Source: Heteronotia binoei (lineage: Eukaryota). Taken from it: a DNA stretch of 64,000 nt. Positions within the stretch are counted from its first letter, which is position 1, and each line of letters starts with the position of its first letter. This document shows, piece after piece, positions 11,247-23,783 of this stretch. A program made the translations under genes and the position numbers. A model generated the notes under the pieces. It was not told where the DNA came from, ran no database searches, and worked only from the letters and a program-made list of their open reading frames with translations. The DNA is taken from positions 56,668,001 to 56,732,000 of the forward strand of contig NC_083233.1 in the NCBI RefSeq assembly GCF_032191835.1, in the 5' to 3' direction.

Positions 11247-14200
11247 ATGGCTTCGGATTTGGAGGAAAGAGTGCGTGCGGCTTTCCGCGACAGACTGCTG
11301 CTCGTGTAAGATTGGGATGCGGAGGGGGGCAACAGGGTTGCGTCGCAGTTTCTGCTTAATAGAAGCGGGGCGGGGAGATAAACCTGTGGCACGGGAGCGC
11401 GTTGCTCTGTGAGTGGCCTATCAGAGGAATCTTATGCCCGCAGAACCTCAGCATCAGCTCTTTGGGCCCGGAACAAGCGTGAAATGCGGCACCACCCTGT
11501 CCTGACCGCACCTGACACCGTCCAATTTAAATCCTGTCATCAGTAATGAAAGACCAAAAAAATCTGATGAGTTTTTGAAATGCTAGGAAGAGACCCTCTC
11601 ATGCTAATGCGCTTGCAGGCCGAATGGTAGTATGTTGCTGCCCTGTCACAACAACTAACTCATGGCGACTCCATAAAGTCCCCACCTCTTAGGGCTTTCA
11701 AGGCAAGAATTCAGCAGAGGTGGTTTGCTGTGGCCTTCTTTGGGATGAGACTAGGCTCCCAGCAAAATTTACCCATACCTCCACTCTCTTTCTCACACTT
11801 GCCTGTCAAATGCACATTTCTCCAAAATTAAGCCCCACTATGTTTTTATTTATTTAATTAGTATATAACTGGCCTGTCTCCCAAATGGGGACAAAAAGTG
11901 GCTGACGCAGCTCTTCTGTCCTCCATGTTAGCTTCATAACAACCTTGTGAGGTAAGTCAGGCTGAGACTTTGAGGCTGGTCCGAGGTCACCCAATGAGCT
12001 TCCATGGCTGAACAGGGATTCAAACCTAGGAGTTCCAAGATCCTAGCCTGACACTTCAACCACTACATGGCACTGGCAATATATCTGTATACATGCAGCT
12101 GTCCAGACTTCCTTGGGAGGTGGTGGACTCTCCTTCTTTGAAGGTTTTCAAATGGAGGCCATCTGGCAACAGTGTTATTCTGTGAACTTAGGCAGACATG
12201 AGAAGTAGGGCAGGAAGGGTTGCATCTGTGCTTAGTTCTTGTTACCTCTTCTTGCATGCCCAGGGAAATGCTGATCGTGACTTTCTCCAGGCCAGTTTAG
12301 CCAGGGATCCTGGAGGTATGGTTTTTTGCCATCTTCAAGGCATGGAGCAAGGTCATTGGGAGTGGGGAGTATTTGTGAATTTCCTGCATTGTGCAGGGGG
12401 TGGACTAGATAAGGGGTGTCAAATGTGTGACCCGAGGGATGGACCAGGCCGTTGGAAGACTCCTATCAGGTCCGCGAGCAACTCACTGTCATCTGTGTCC
12501 TTCTCTCTCTCTCTTGCTTCCCTCTGCATAACAGCTTGCTTTGCCAGGCATGCTGAATTGCACAGGAGCTACAAAGCAAAGCCTGTATTTTCTCCATTGG
12601 CTGACCAGCACATGAAGCATGTACAAAAGCTCACAATGCCCAGCCATTTCATGTTTTCCCCTTGGTCTTAGACTCAAAACATCAGCCATGAGATTTCTGT
12701 AATAAATATCAATAAATCAAAAGTAGGTTTGCAGCTTAAACAACACCTGAACAGCATACTCAAGATTGTTACAACAGGGACATTGTCTCTAGATTTTGAT
12801 GCAGTAATTCAGAGCAAGAGGTGTCAGTTATCAGAAACTGTTAAATAAACAAAATATTGCAACAGCGTTAATCTTTTAAGCATGTCTTATTTTTTAAATT
12901 TTTAAAAAAATCTTTAATTGTGTTTGTGTCCTTTATAAAGTTTATATCTCCGTTACCTGGCATTACATTTTATGGCACACATGGCCCAGTCTGACAAGGT
13001 CTCATTTATGTCAGATCTGGCCCTCTTAATAAATGAGTTTGACACCCCTGAACTAGATGATTCTATGAAAAGAATCCAACTCTATGATTCTATGAAAAGC
13101 TTTCAGAGTGCTTGCCCCCCTCCCCATGCATCTGGAAATGGCAAGTATAGGATACTAGTGCATTGGAAAGGAGCCCACGTGGGCAGTGCCTACAAAAATG
13201 TGTACTTTCCTATATGGCATGCCTTGCAGTCTTTTTCCAAATGATATTATCAGAACATATTTGGGAATGACTGGAGAAAAGCAAAGGAGAACCTGGATAA
13301 TGCAACTATTAGGGGACAACATTGTGGCCACTTATTATCATATGTGATTGAGGCAAATGTCATAAATTACTTGCATTTTGTCTGCCCTAATTTATAGGGA
13401 TGTTATAAGCTCTACTGTGATCATATGAGTGGTTTTTTTTAAACACTTGAAATATGCTATATATAGGATAAGTGTAATTATTTAGAGTATCATCGCTCTC
13501 ACTAATATATTGGATGTGTCTCTTCTCTGAGTGCAGGTTCACACATTCATGTGCATTAGCTTATTTCCCAGCATGTGATGATTGGGTAGCTGAACATGTG
13601 ACCTGATGTCACTGACAATCGTCGCATGAGAGTTTATATGGAAGTTCTGTTTGTGTTGTTTCCAATGCGGTGATAGAGAGTCGCAAACGGTCAATGTAAA
13701 AACACCCCTGGAATGGCCCATTCGTACATATAAGTCTTAATGACGTGTGAACATATGATGCTGCCTTATTTTGATTCAGACCATCAGTTAGACTGCCGGC
13801 GGCTTTTCAGTGGCTGGAGCAGAGGAACATTTGAGTTCAGTGCATTGGAAATTGATAGCAGTTACCTCCAAAAGTGCACAGCAAAGAGAAGGTTGATGTG
13901 ACCCTTGTATATTTGTTCCAGGAAAATCCCTGAAAAAGAAGATGATCTTTTGCCTGCTGGTTGCTGCCTGCTGGAGAAACGAAGAGAGCTGGCAGAGGTG
14001 GAACAAGCTCTGTTAGCTCAGAAAGAGGTAATTGCACCACTGGCAAGAGCTTGTTAAAGGAACTAGGATGAAAAAGGTCTGTGATGCAGACTTCCGTTGT
14101 TGATGAACACGCATGAATTTTTGTGCGTGTACAGAACAATCAAGGATCTTTGGCTGAGATGTAAGATCTGCACTGGTAGAATTCTGCCCTAAATCTCCCT

Positions 14201-17200
14201 GAAAATGCATTCTCATGTTTTCTCAAGTGCAAGGTTATCCTGGGTTCCTGTAGTTTGGTGAAGGTGCTGACAATTCACTTAGAAATCTCTTATCAACTCT
14301 TTGGAGTGCTAAAATTCGCAGCATTTTCTGAAAAGGAATTATTGTTAAACCAGTGGTGTAAATATACTGAACAGGTACATTGAGTGTGGATGTTTGGCAG
14401 TTTTTTCATAGAGTCTAGTATTGGAAAAATCAAAAATGAAAAAGAAGTGCAGTTTGCACAACATCCTCGCTTAATCAGTGTTTGCAGTTTCTTCAATAAA
14501 TAATTTAATGTTTCTTGCAGACTTGTGCATGGTGCTGGTATTACCAGTGAACTTCAAACCCTGCTCCCCATCTTGTCTTGTACTTATGCCATTAATAACT
14601 GACCTCTGAGCTGATTAATAACTGACCAAGAGCTTACAAAAAAGAGCCTTGTAAGTGCTTGGAGGATTTGTTCCTGTGGCCATTTAACGTAGAGAGTGAT
14701 TAAAATATGAAATTCACTGCCAGAGGATGTAGCAATGGCCGCAGGAACAAACAGTTTTAAAAGGGGATTAGATAGATTCATGGAGGAGAGGTCTGTCAGT
14801 GGCTACTAGCCATGGTGGCTGAGAGGAACCTCCACATTCAGAGGCAATAAAACTCTGACTCTCAGAGTCAAGAGGCAACATCAGGGGAAGGTTTCCACAG
14901 CAATGCCCTGTTGTCGGCCATCTAGAGGGACTGGTGGCTATTGTGTGAGACAGGATGCTGGACTAGAAAGACCACTGGTCTGATCCAGCAGGGCTCTTCT
15001 CATGATGTGAATACTGAATACAAGAACCAGAACACATGCAGCAGATCTGCATGCACAGGTTGACTTCTCCAGCATATTCCTTCGAGGTCCTTTAAACACA
15101 TAGGAGGGGTTAGATATGGTAATCTAAAAAAGAAAAAAACCAAGTCCCTATAATGTTACAGATGGCAGAGTGAGGCTTAGAGTGAATGACTTGCCTAAAA
15201 AAAATTCATGACAGAGGCAAGGTTTGGACTGGGGACCTTCCTGATTTGTAGGTCTGTCTCTCACATTGCAGTCATAAACACATACAAACAGAATTGTACC
15301 ATTGCATTCAGTTGGACTTACTCTATGAAAATTGTGTTTAGGAATAGGATTGCATCCTTAGGCTCTGCTGTAGACCAGTTCTTATGCTGCAGTTAAAAGC
15401 ACAGCTACAATGGCAGGTTGAAAAGTTAGCTGCTGTGCTGTTAAAGAATATACTTATCATTTCTTTTAACACTGTTGAACACTATGTAGCCTTCTCCTTG
15501 CTGTTGGATGTTCCTTTTGTAGGAATTCCAGATGAAGATGGAGAGCCTGCAGCATCGTCAGCAGGAGCTGGAGAGCAAGGAAAAGCAGCTCAAAGAAGCG
15601 GTCTTGAAGTTTGACAAATTCTTGAAGGTCTGAAGGCATCAGAGGAGGGGTTCAGCTGCTGTTGCTAGATGTTCTGTAGTGGGGCTAAGGCACTGAGGGT
15701 GGGGAGAGGTGATTTGGGGGGCTGAAACAGGGACTGAAGTGGCCTAAAAGCGATAAGAGTCAAGAGAGTCAGTGTGGTGTGGTGGTTAAGTGTGCAGGCC
15801 TCATTTTGGGCAGGAGCTCACAGGAGCAGAGCTCCAGAAACTCTAAATGTGATTGTACAAATCTTACACCCCACCCTCAAATAATTGCTTCTGGGCTCCA
15901 TTGATCAAACCCTCTGTAAGAATTTTGCTGAACTCTAAGATATGACAAACTTTCTAATATTTTCCCCCACAAAAAATGGGGAAAATAATCAAAACATATA
16001 AAGCAGACAGATGGAAATTTTCATCATGCCATTGTGGCTACATAGGTGAAAATCATGTTAAAAGTATGAGGGGTGTAAGGTTTTATTAAGACAACTATAA
16101 TTCAAGAAGCATTTTAAGGTAGATGCTGAACTGATATAATTTAGTATCCCTTCTGGTGATGTCAGGGATGTGTGGCATATGCAGATGAGTTATGCAAATG
16201 AGCTCTGGCACCACTTTTTCTATGAAATGACCCCTGAGTGTGTGGACTCTTATCTGGGAAAACCAGGTTTGATTCCCCACTCCTTCACATGCATCTGCTG
16301 GAATGGCCTTGGGTCAGCCATCACTATCGTAGGAGTTGTCCTTGAAAGGACAGCTGCTGTAAAAAGCTCTCTCAGCCCCACCTTCCTCACAGGTGTCTGT
16401 TGTGTGTGTGTGGGAAGGTAGAGAAGATTGTGACTGCTCTGAGACTCTGAGATTCAGAGTATAGGTAGGATATAAATCCAATATCTTCTTCTTCCCATCC
16501 AAGTTCAGAGATTATTGATGGAGTGGTAGGCTACATATTAAATTTCCCCAGCGGGGCATATAGTGGCTCCCTGGCATCATATCAGGTCAGGAAAGCACTA
16601 CAGGTGGGAAAGTTTAAGTCCCTTCTTCCTGTGAACCACAGTCCCAATCTGAATTGGACCCTCATTAACCTGAGAATTTTAAGTTTCAACATGCAACTCC
16701 CAGTCCCTGGACGTGTTCAGTTCAGCAGGATCCAGGGCTGACCCATAAACAATGGAACTTGTATTCAGGCTCTAATATACATAAGAGCAGGGGTTGTTTT
16801 GTAGAAAAAATAGGTGGTGGAGCTCATCCAGGAATTGTTATGCAGCTGCACCTACTATTCAGTGGACAAGGTGGGAAGGAGGAGGTGGAACTCTCAGAAA
16901 GGTTCAGGAGCTGTGCTCCTGTGAGCTCCCACTGAATCGGAAGTCTGCGTAAGAGGGATCTTAGAGACATCATTCCTTCCCCCCCACTGCTTTTTTAAAT
17001 AAAATCTAAACATCCAGGAAAGGAACCTGGAATGTTGTGTTCTCCTTTTACCCAAATAACTACATCTAGGATTTCTAATTTATCGAACCTCATCTATAGC
17101 TGAGCCTTTAATGCAAGTTTGCTGTGCAGGTATTAGAGCGGAATCCTAGGGAAATCTCAGAATTAATTTTTTTTGTCAATGGTGCTTACTGCCAGGGAAG

Positions 17201-20200
17201 TCTGTTTAGGATTGTAGCCTTAATAACTGAGTCTTTGCATGACCGCTTATCTACTGCAGCAGATCGAACTGTCTTGAAAGGCATAGGTACAGAAGCCAGT
17301 TGAAAAGTTGGGTTTTTCCTTGAACTGTAAAGTTCAGTGTCTGCCTGTACTTCTGTAAACTCAGTTGGAAACAATTCAGAGACATTGTAAGCTGTGCTTT
17401 CACATAATCTTCTGAGAACATAAGAAGAGGCCTGCAGGCTCAAACCAAAGGTCCATCTAATCCAGCATCCTGTTTCCCATAGAAACCACCTCAATGTTTC
17501 CAACAAAACACATAAGCAAGCAAGGCATGAAGGCATCAGCTTTCCTCTATAGCATGTGTTTACTTCACATACAACAGAGGTACACTCAGGATGTTTTTTG
17601 TAGCAGGAACTCCCTTGCATATTAGGCCACACATCCCTGATGTAGCCAATCCTCCTGGAGCTTACAGTAGGCCCTGTATTAAGAGCCCTGTAAGCTCTTG
17701 GAGGATTGGCTACATCGGGTGTGTGGCCTAATATGCAAAGAAGTTCCTGCTACAAAAAAAGTCCTGAGTGTACCTCTGTTGTATGTGAAGTAAACACATG
17801 CTATAGAGGAAAGCTGATCCCTTCATGCCTTGCTTGCTTCTGTTTAGCTGTCTTCTGTTTAGCTGTCATGGCCAATACCTTTTGCTTAATATAATAAAGA
17901 AATGGAACGTCCATCAAAGTTTGTCCAGTCCTTTTAGAAGAAGAAGAACTGCAGATTTATACCCCGCCCTTCTCTCTGAATCAGAGACTCAGAGCGGCTT
18001 ACAATCTCCTATGTCTTCTCCCCCCACAACAGACACCCTGTGAGGTGGGTGGGGCTGAGAGGGCTCTCACAAGAACTGCCCTTTCAAGGACAACTCTTGT
18101 GAGAGCTATGGCTGACCCAAGGCCATTCCAGCAGGTGCAAGTGGAGGAGTGGGGATTCAAACACGGTTCTTCCAGATAAGAGTCTGTGCACTTCACCACT
18201 ACACCAAACTGGCTCTCTAGAAATCCTGTAGGGATCCATTAATTAGTCATCACACTAAATAGTGGGGAGTATCCAGCCATCCAAGCATAGACGTTTTGCA
18301 GCATTCCCCCTGGTTCTTACAGCTCCTTCCATCTCTCAGGAAGATCATTTGGGTTGTGAGATCTTTGCACAGGAACAGTTGTGAAGGTCAGTGGGTGGGA
18401 ACGATGAGGGACAAATCAACCTTTTCCCTAATGGAATTGTGCTTGCCCTTTCTCACTACACGACTCCCCCCACCAGCCAGGCAATTATTCCATTGGATGG
18501 ATCTTGCCAAGGGTTATTTTGCAGAAAAAGAGGTGCTGGAGCTCATTAGCACAACTCATTTGCATATGTCACACACCCCTGGCGTCACTGGAAGGTGTAC
18601 TAGATTATATCAGCTCAGCATCTACCATAAAATTCTTCTTGAATTGTAATTGTCATCTTAAAACCTTACTCCCATCATACTTTTTAAGTTACTTTCTCCT
18701 ATGAGACCACAGTGGCATGATGAAAATTTCCATCTGTCTTCTCTATATGTTTTGGTTATTTTCCAATTTTTTTGTGGTGAAAAATATTAGAAAGTTTGTC
18801 AAATCTTCAAAATTCTCACAGAGGGTTTGGTCAATGGAGCCCAGAAGCAAGTATTTTTTGGGAGGGGGGGGGGTAAGAGAGAAAGAGCACAATAAACGTT
18901 AGAGGTTCCAAAGCTCCGCTCCTGTGAGCTCCTGCCCAAAATGAGGTCTGGATCTTGCAGCCTTTGAAGAAATCTTTGGGTGGGTCAGAAGGGGCTGCAG
19001 AAGTTGAGAGGAATGCAAGAAAATTGCTTTCTGAGCACAGAGTGCTGGGGTACAGGCCAATGCCTCCTTTGGATTTCAACTGTCACTAATCTGTTTGATT
19101 CAGTGATTACTGGTTGTTTTTTTTTTAACTTTTCAAAAGTTTATTGAAATTTCAAAGGTTTACAACAAGCTGAATAAAGTCAATTTTTGGTAATGTGAAG
19201 ATGATTAGGGTTTGTAGAATCTTTTGGGCTCAAGTGCCGTGTTCTACTGGAGAAAGTTTTTCTTCCAGACGTTTCATTCTCGGCTGGAAGAAAAACTTTC
19301 TCCAGTAGAACACGGCACTTGAGCCCGAAAGATTCTACAAACCCTAATGATGTTACCAGCCGTGAAAACCTGAAATCTTTGATAATGTGAAGATGGATAA
19401 TAGATAAGTAACAAATCAGATCTCATTAAATAATCTCTCAGAAAGTGATTCCTGTTTTGAGGAAGTGATTACTTCTTCATATGAAGAAGCCACTGCTCAG
19501 GGTTTTTGAACCCCCATGTGGAAGGGTGAGGCCAGGGAAAACATGGCATGACATCATGTTCCCCCTCTTGTAGGACAGCGATGCCAAACGCAGCCGGGCC
19601 CTGCGGAAAGCTGAGGTAGAGCAGCAACAAGCGGCACAGAGAGGAGTGGAGGCAGAGCACCTTCGGCAGGAAATAGCTCGACTCCTCTTCTTGAAGGAGA
19701 AGCTGCAGCAGCGTCTTGAGGCCCACAAGGCCTTTCCTGAATACCTGCAAAAGGTTGTGGAAAAGGCAGAGCAGGTGAGAGGGCTGAGGAGGTGGAAGCC
19801 TGAATTAAGATGCCTGAAGAAAAACCCTGAACTATTTTAAGTGCAACCCAAAGTCTGCAGCCCAGAACCCTGTAGCTGATGGGTATTTTTACTCATTAAG
19901 CTCCGTAACAGATGGCAAGTATTACCACTGGCCTGGAATGGGTTGTGCCAGTCACTGAGCATGTGTGCATGTATAAGCACTGCAGCCCTAGTGCCTCCAT
20001 TGCCTCTTGGTAATAAGGTCACCTCTTCCCCTCTATCCCAGCAATAGAAGCTCTAGTCCTTCAAGCAAATTCCTGCAGAAGCGCCACTGGTTTAGCTTCC
20101 AGATGACCAGACCCAGCAGTGCTGCTGCCCAGCATCTCTGTGGCTTGCTTCAGCCATAAGCAGAAAGGCCTAGTGTGCTGCTATTCATAACATCATCTAC

Positions 20201-23200
20201 CCTAGGCCAATGCATTCATTTGTTACGCAGCCTCTTGCTTCCCAAAAGGAAAGGCGCCTGCAGGTTCCAAGTGATGGTACCACTTTCTTACATTCTTGGG
20301 AACCTTTCTGGGAAATGAAAGAAGTACCTGGCAGGTTCAGGAGCTGCAACACACCTCTAGAGTGCAAGTAGTGATGTCATTTCCAGATTTTGGCCCTTAT
20401 GACGTGAATTAAAGGCACTGGTGTCTATTATCTCAGGAGAATGACCATGTACCGGCTGTCTACTTTATTGTTGCTTCCCCACTGCAGTTTCAGGAAATCC
20501 CCGAACTGATCAGCCGTTTCCAGACCTTAATTGCATCCCAGGCCAAGTTAACACAGAGGGAGCTTGTGAATCGTGAAGCCGTGGAAGAGGAACGCACCCG
20601 CCTGCAGAAATATGTGGAAGAGAGCAGCAACCAGATCTTGCGGCAAAACAACCAGATTGCGCAGCTGCAGGCTCAGCTGGAACAGACCCAGATCAGGGTT
20701 CATGAAGGGGTAGGTTGCTGAACTTTTGCTGAAGTTGGGCATCCAAACGGTAGTGGGTTTTTTGAAGCATCCACACAATGCTGTTTAATCAGAGGGTTCC
20801 AGACTGTTGGCTCTTGGCTGGCAACTGGCAGGATGCTTGAGGAAGTGGAGATGGATGGAAATGGTGTTTTGTGTTGGCACTTCTTGCTGCATAACTGGAA
20901 GGGACATCACAGCATCACTCAGCACATTAGTGGTTCCCTGAAGTTCTGTTGTAAAAACCATAGGGAAATTCCTAGAGTGTCACACAAGGTAACGATGTCA
21001 TTTCTAGATTCCTAGGTAGAATTGCCATTGCAGCATCTCTTGACATCCCCCTCCCCTTTCCATCATCTCACCATTGAGCACCAGCAGCGGGACAAGCAGA
21101 AAAGTATACCTTCCAGTGTGAGAAGGCACTGTCTCTCAAAAATATCTAATAAAATCAGTTAACAGCAAAGCAGGGGAGAAATATGGCAAGCAGAGAACTA
21201 GGTATATAACTCAAACCTTTTCTCAAGGTTTATCTCATTTTGGCACCATTTTTCTTGTGTAAACCCCTTTCCCTCTGTGCCACTGGTGGGCTTTTCCAGG
21301 CCCCTTTCCAAAATTAGCAGCTGCTTGATTGCTACAGCACAATAACATTACAGTGATCTATAGCCACAATCAACATCTCGAGAGGTAACATTGGATCAGA
21401 ATCCTAGGAAATAGTGTTATGGGGCTGGAGAAGTGACTGGGTCTGGAGTGGGGAGGGCTGTAAATTAAAGCCTGAGTTGGATCCAACCTTTGAGAACTCC
21501 CCCCCCCCCCCCCGCCCTCATGCCACTTAACAGTTTGTTAGGAGCATTAGCCTGCTGGAATGCAGCCATGGCTATTTTGCCAGAACTCTCCAAACCATTG
21601 TTCAAAAAGCTTGGGGGCAAAGGGCCATCAGCATGTGGGAGCGGCCCATGGCTGGTTCTCCCCTGCTTGCCAGGATTCTGAGCTGGATGGGACCTTTTCC
21701 TGTTCCCAGTGCTGGCAGCAAGAAGAGCTGGCATCCAAGTGAATGCCATGAAAAGCAAACAAAGACACAAACATGGCCCTCAGGCTGAAAATGCTGCTCA
21801 TTCCTGTGCTGTTGTATGTGGGAATCCTAGTATTGGAGCTTGTTGATGGATAAAGTCTCTTTTCTTTCATAACTGGAGCAGGCACAAACCAACAACTCTC
21901 ATGTAGCCTCTCCTGTGGCTGAATATCGAGACTTTGTGAATGGCTTTCTATCTGTGAGAGAGTTATTCCTGGAACAGGGCCTCTATATCTTTTAAAAAAA
22001 CCCACAACCAGGACACACCTTGGGAGGTAAATTGCAAGCAGCAGTGTTCTTACCGGACTCCCTGTTCTGTGACTTTCTCTGCAGGAGTCTTTCTGGAACA
22101 GAATCCAGACCACAGCTGCTGAGAAGACCTTGGAGGTGGGGCAGATCAAGCTGGCGACTTTGAATCTCTTCCAGATGGTGGCCAAGCACAGGAAACTGCC
22201 AGCCGACGTGGCCCAAGAGGACACAGAAGCGCAACTGGATGCGGTCAGTGTCAATCATAGCAGGAGGGCCTGTTGTTCAGTGAGTAGAGCATAGGCTTTT
22301 CCCACAGAAGGTTCCATGTCTGCTCCTTTTCAGTGACTGTCTATTTCACTACAAAAATGAACAGTTCAAAAAGATCTCAAGCAGCAGAGCTGGAAGAAAG
22401 CCCTGCTTCAGATGTTAGGCAGCTGTTCCCAGTCAGTAAAGCTGAAGATAGATCCACAGTTTGGTTCACTGTGTGATCAGTTCATGTATGCAAGCTCTTC
22501 CTTGCAATTACTCTCAGGGACAGCTACAGAGAGCTCTGTGTGCTTCCACCCCCCAATTCCTGCACCCAGACAATCCAAATTCTGCACCTTGTATGTATGC
22601 CTCAAAACAAGCGTGCTTGTGTGATCATTTTGAATAATTAATTCTGCTTTTGCTAACCACAGGATGAGGGGAAAGCTGTTCAGGGCACCAGATTCTAGAA
22701 ATTGTATTCCAAACCACGGGAGATTCTTTTCAGACATGTTGCTAGGTTTTGAATATAAATCAGACATAGACCATTTACTTCTGGAGATATTGGTGCAACA
22801 TTAAGGGTTAGTAACTTGCAATTATTTTATTCAGAAAGGGCTGTGGCTCAGTTGTAATGCCTGTGCTTTGAATGTCAATGGTCCCAGGTTCAGTCCCCCA
22901 GTAGGGTTACCAGATGTCCTCTTTTTAAAGGACATGTCCTCTTTTTTTGGTGTCAGTCCTCTGGGCTTTAAAAAAAACTGATGAAAATGTCCTCTTTTTG
23001 GGCCAGAAGGTTAGACATATTCCTAGTTAGTAGCTTAAATGGTTAAGGGTATTTAAAATGAGATTTGTCATAGTGATAATTCATTTGAAGCAGTCAGTTG
23101 GGAAATATGTCCTCCTTTTTGCTTTTCCAAATATGGGAACCCTTGTCCTTGGAATTGCTCTAGAAGCACAGAGAGCTTCCACCATTCGGAACAGACAGCA

Positions 23201-23736
23201 CTGATCTATTCAGAGCCAGGGTGGTAGAGTAGTTTGAGTGTCATGCCAGCATCTGGGATGTCCGGTTTCAGATCCCCAAGGGTGACCATGTGCCAGTCTC
23301 TCAGCCTAAGCTATCTTGCAGGATTGTGGTGAGGATAAAATGGGGTACCTTAATAGCCTTATAGACTGATACAGTACTGAGGTAGATGAACCAGTTGTCC
23401 GACAGTACAAAGAATCTTCATATGTTTTTACAAGAAAGCATATTTTGTAGGATCCAAGATATGCATTCATTATCTGTGAGTAGCCCTGACCTGGACAGCC
23501 CAGGCTAGCCTGATCTTGCCAGCTCTTGGAAGCTAAGCAGGGTTGGCCTTGGCTTGTATTTAGAAGGGTGGCCTCCAAGGAATACCAGGGCCATGATGTG
23601 GAAGCAGGTAATGGCAAACCACCCTTTAATGTCTCCTGCCTTGAAAACCCTATGGGTTTGCTATAAGCTATGACTTGATCCCCCCCCCCCCCCCAAAATC
23701 CACAAGTGTCCATGCAACTAAAGGCTGGAGAACTGT

Positions 23737-23783
<47 letters not shown>

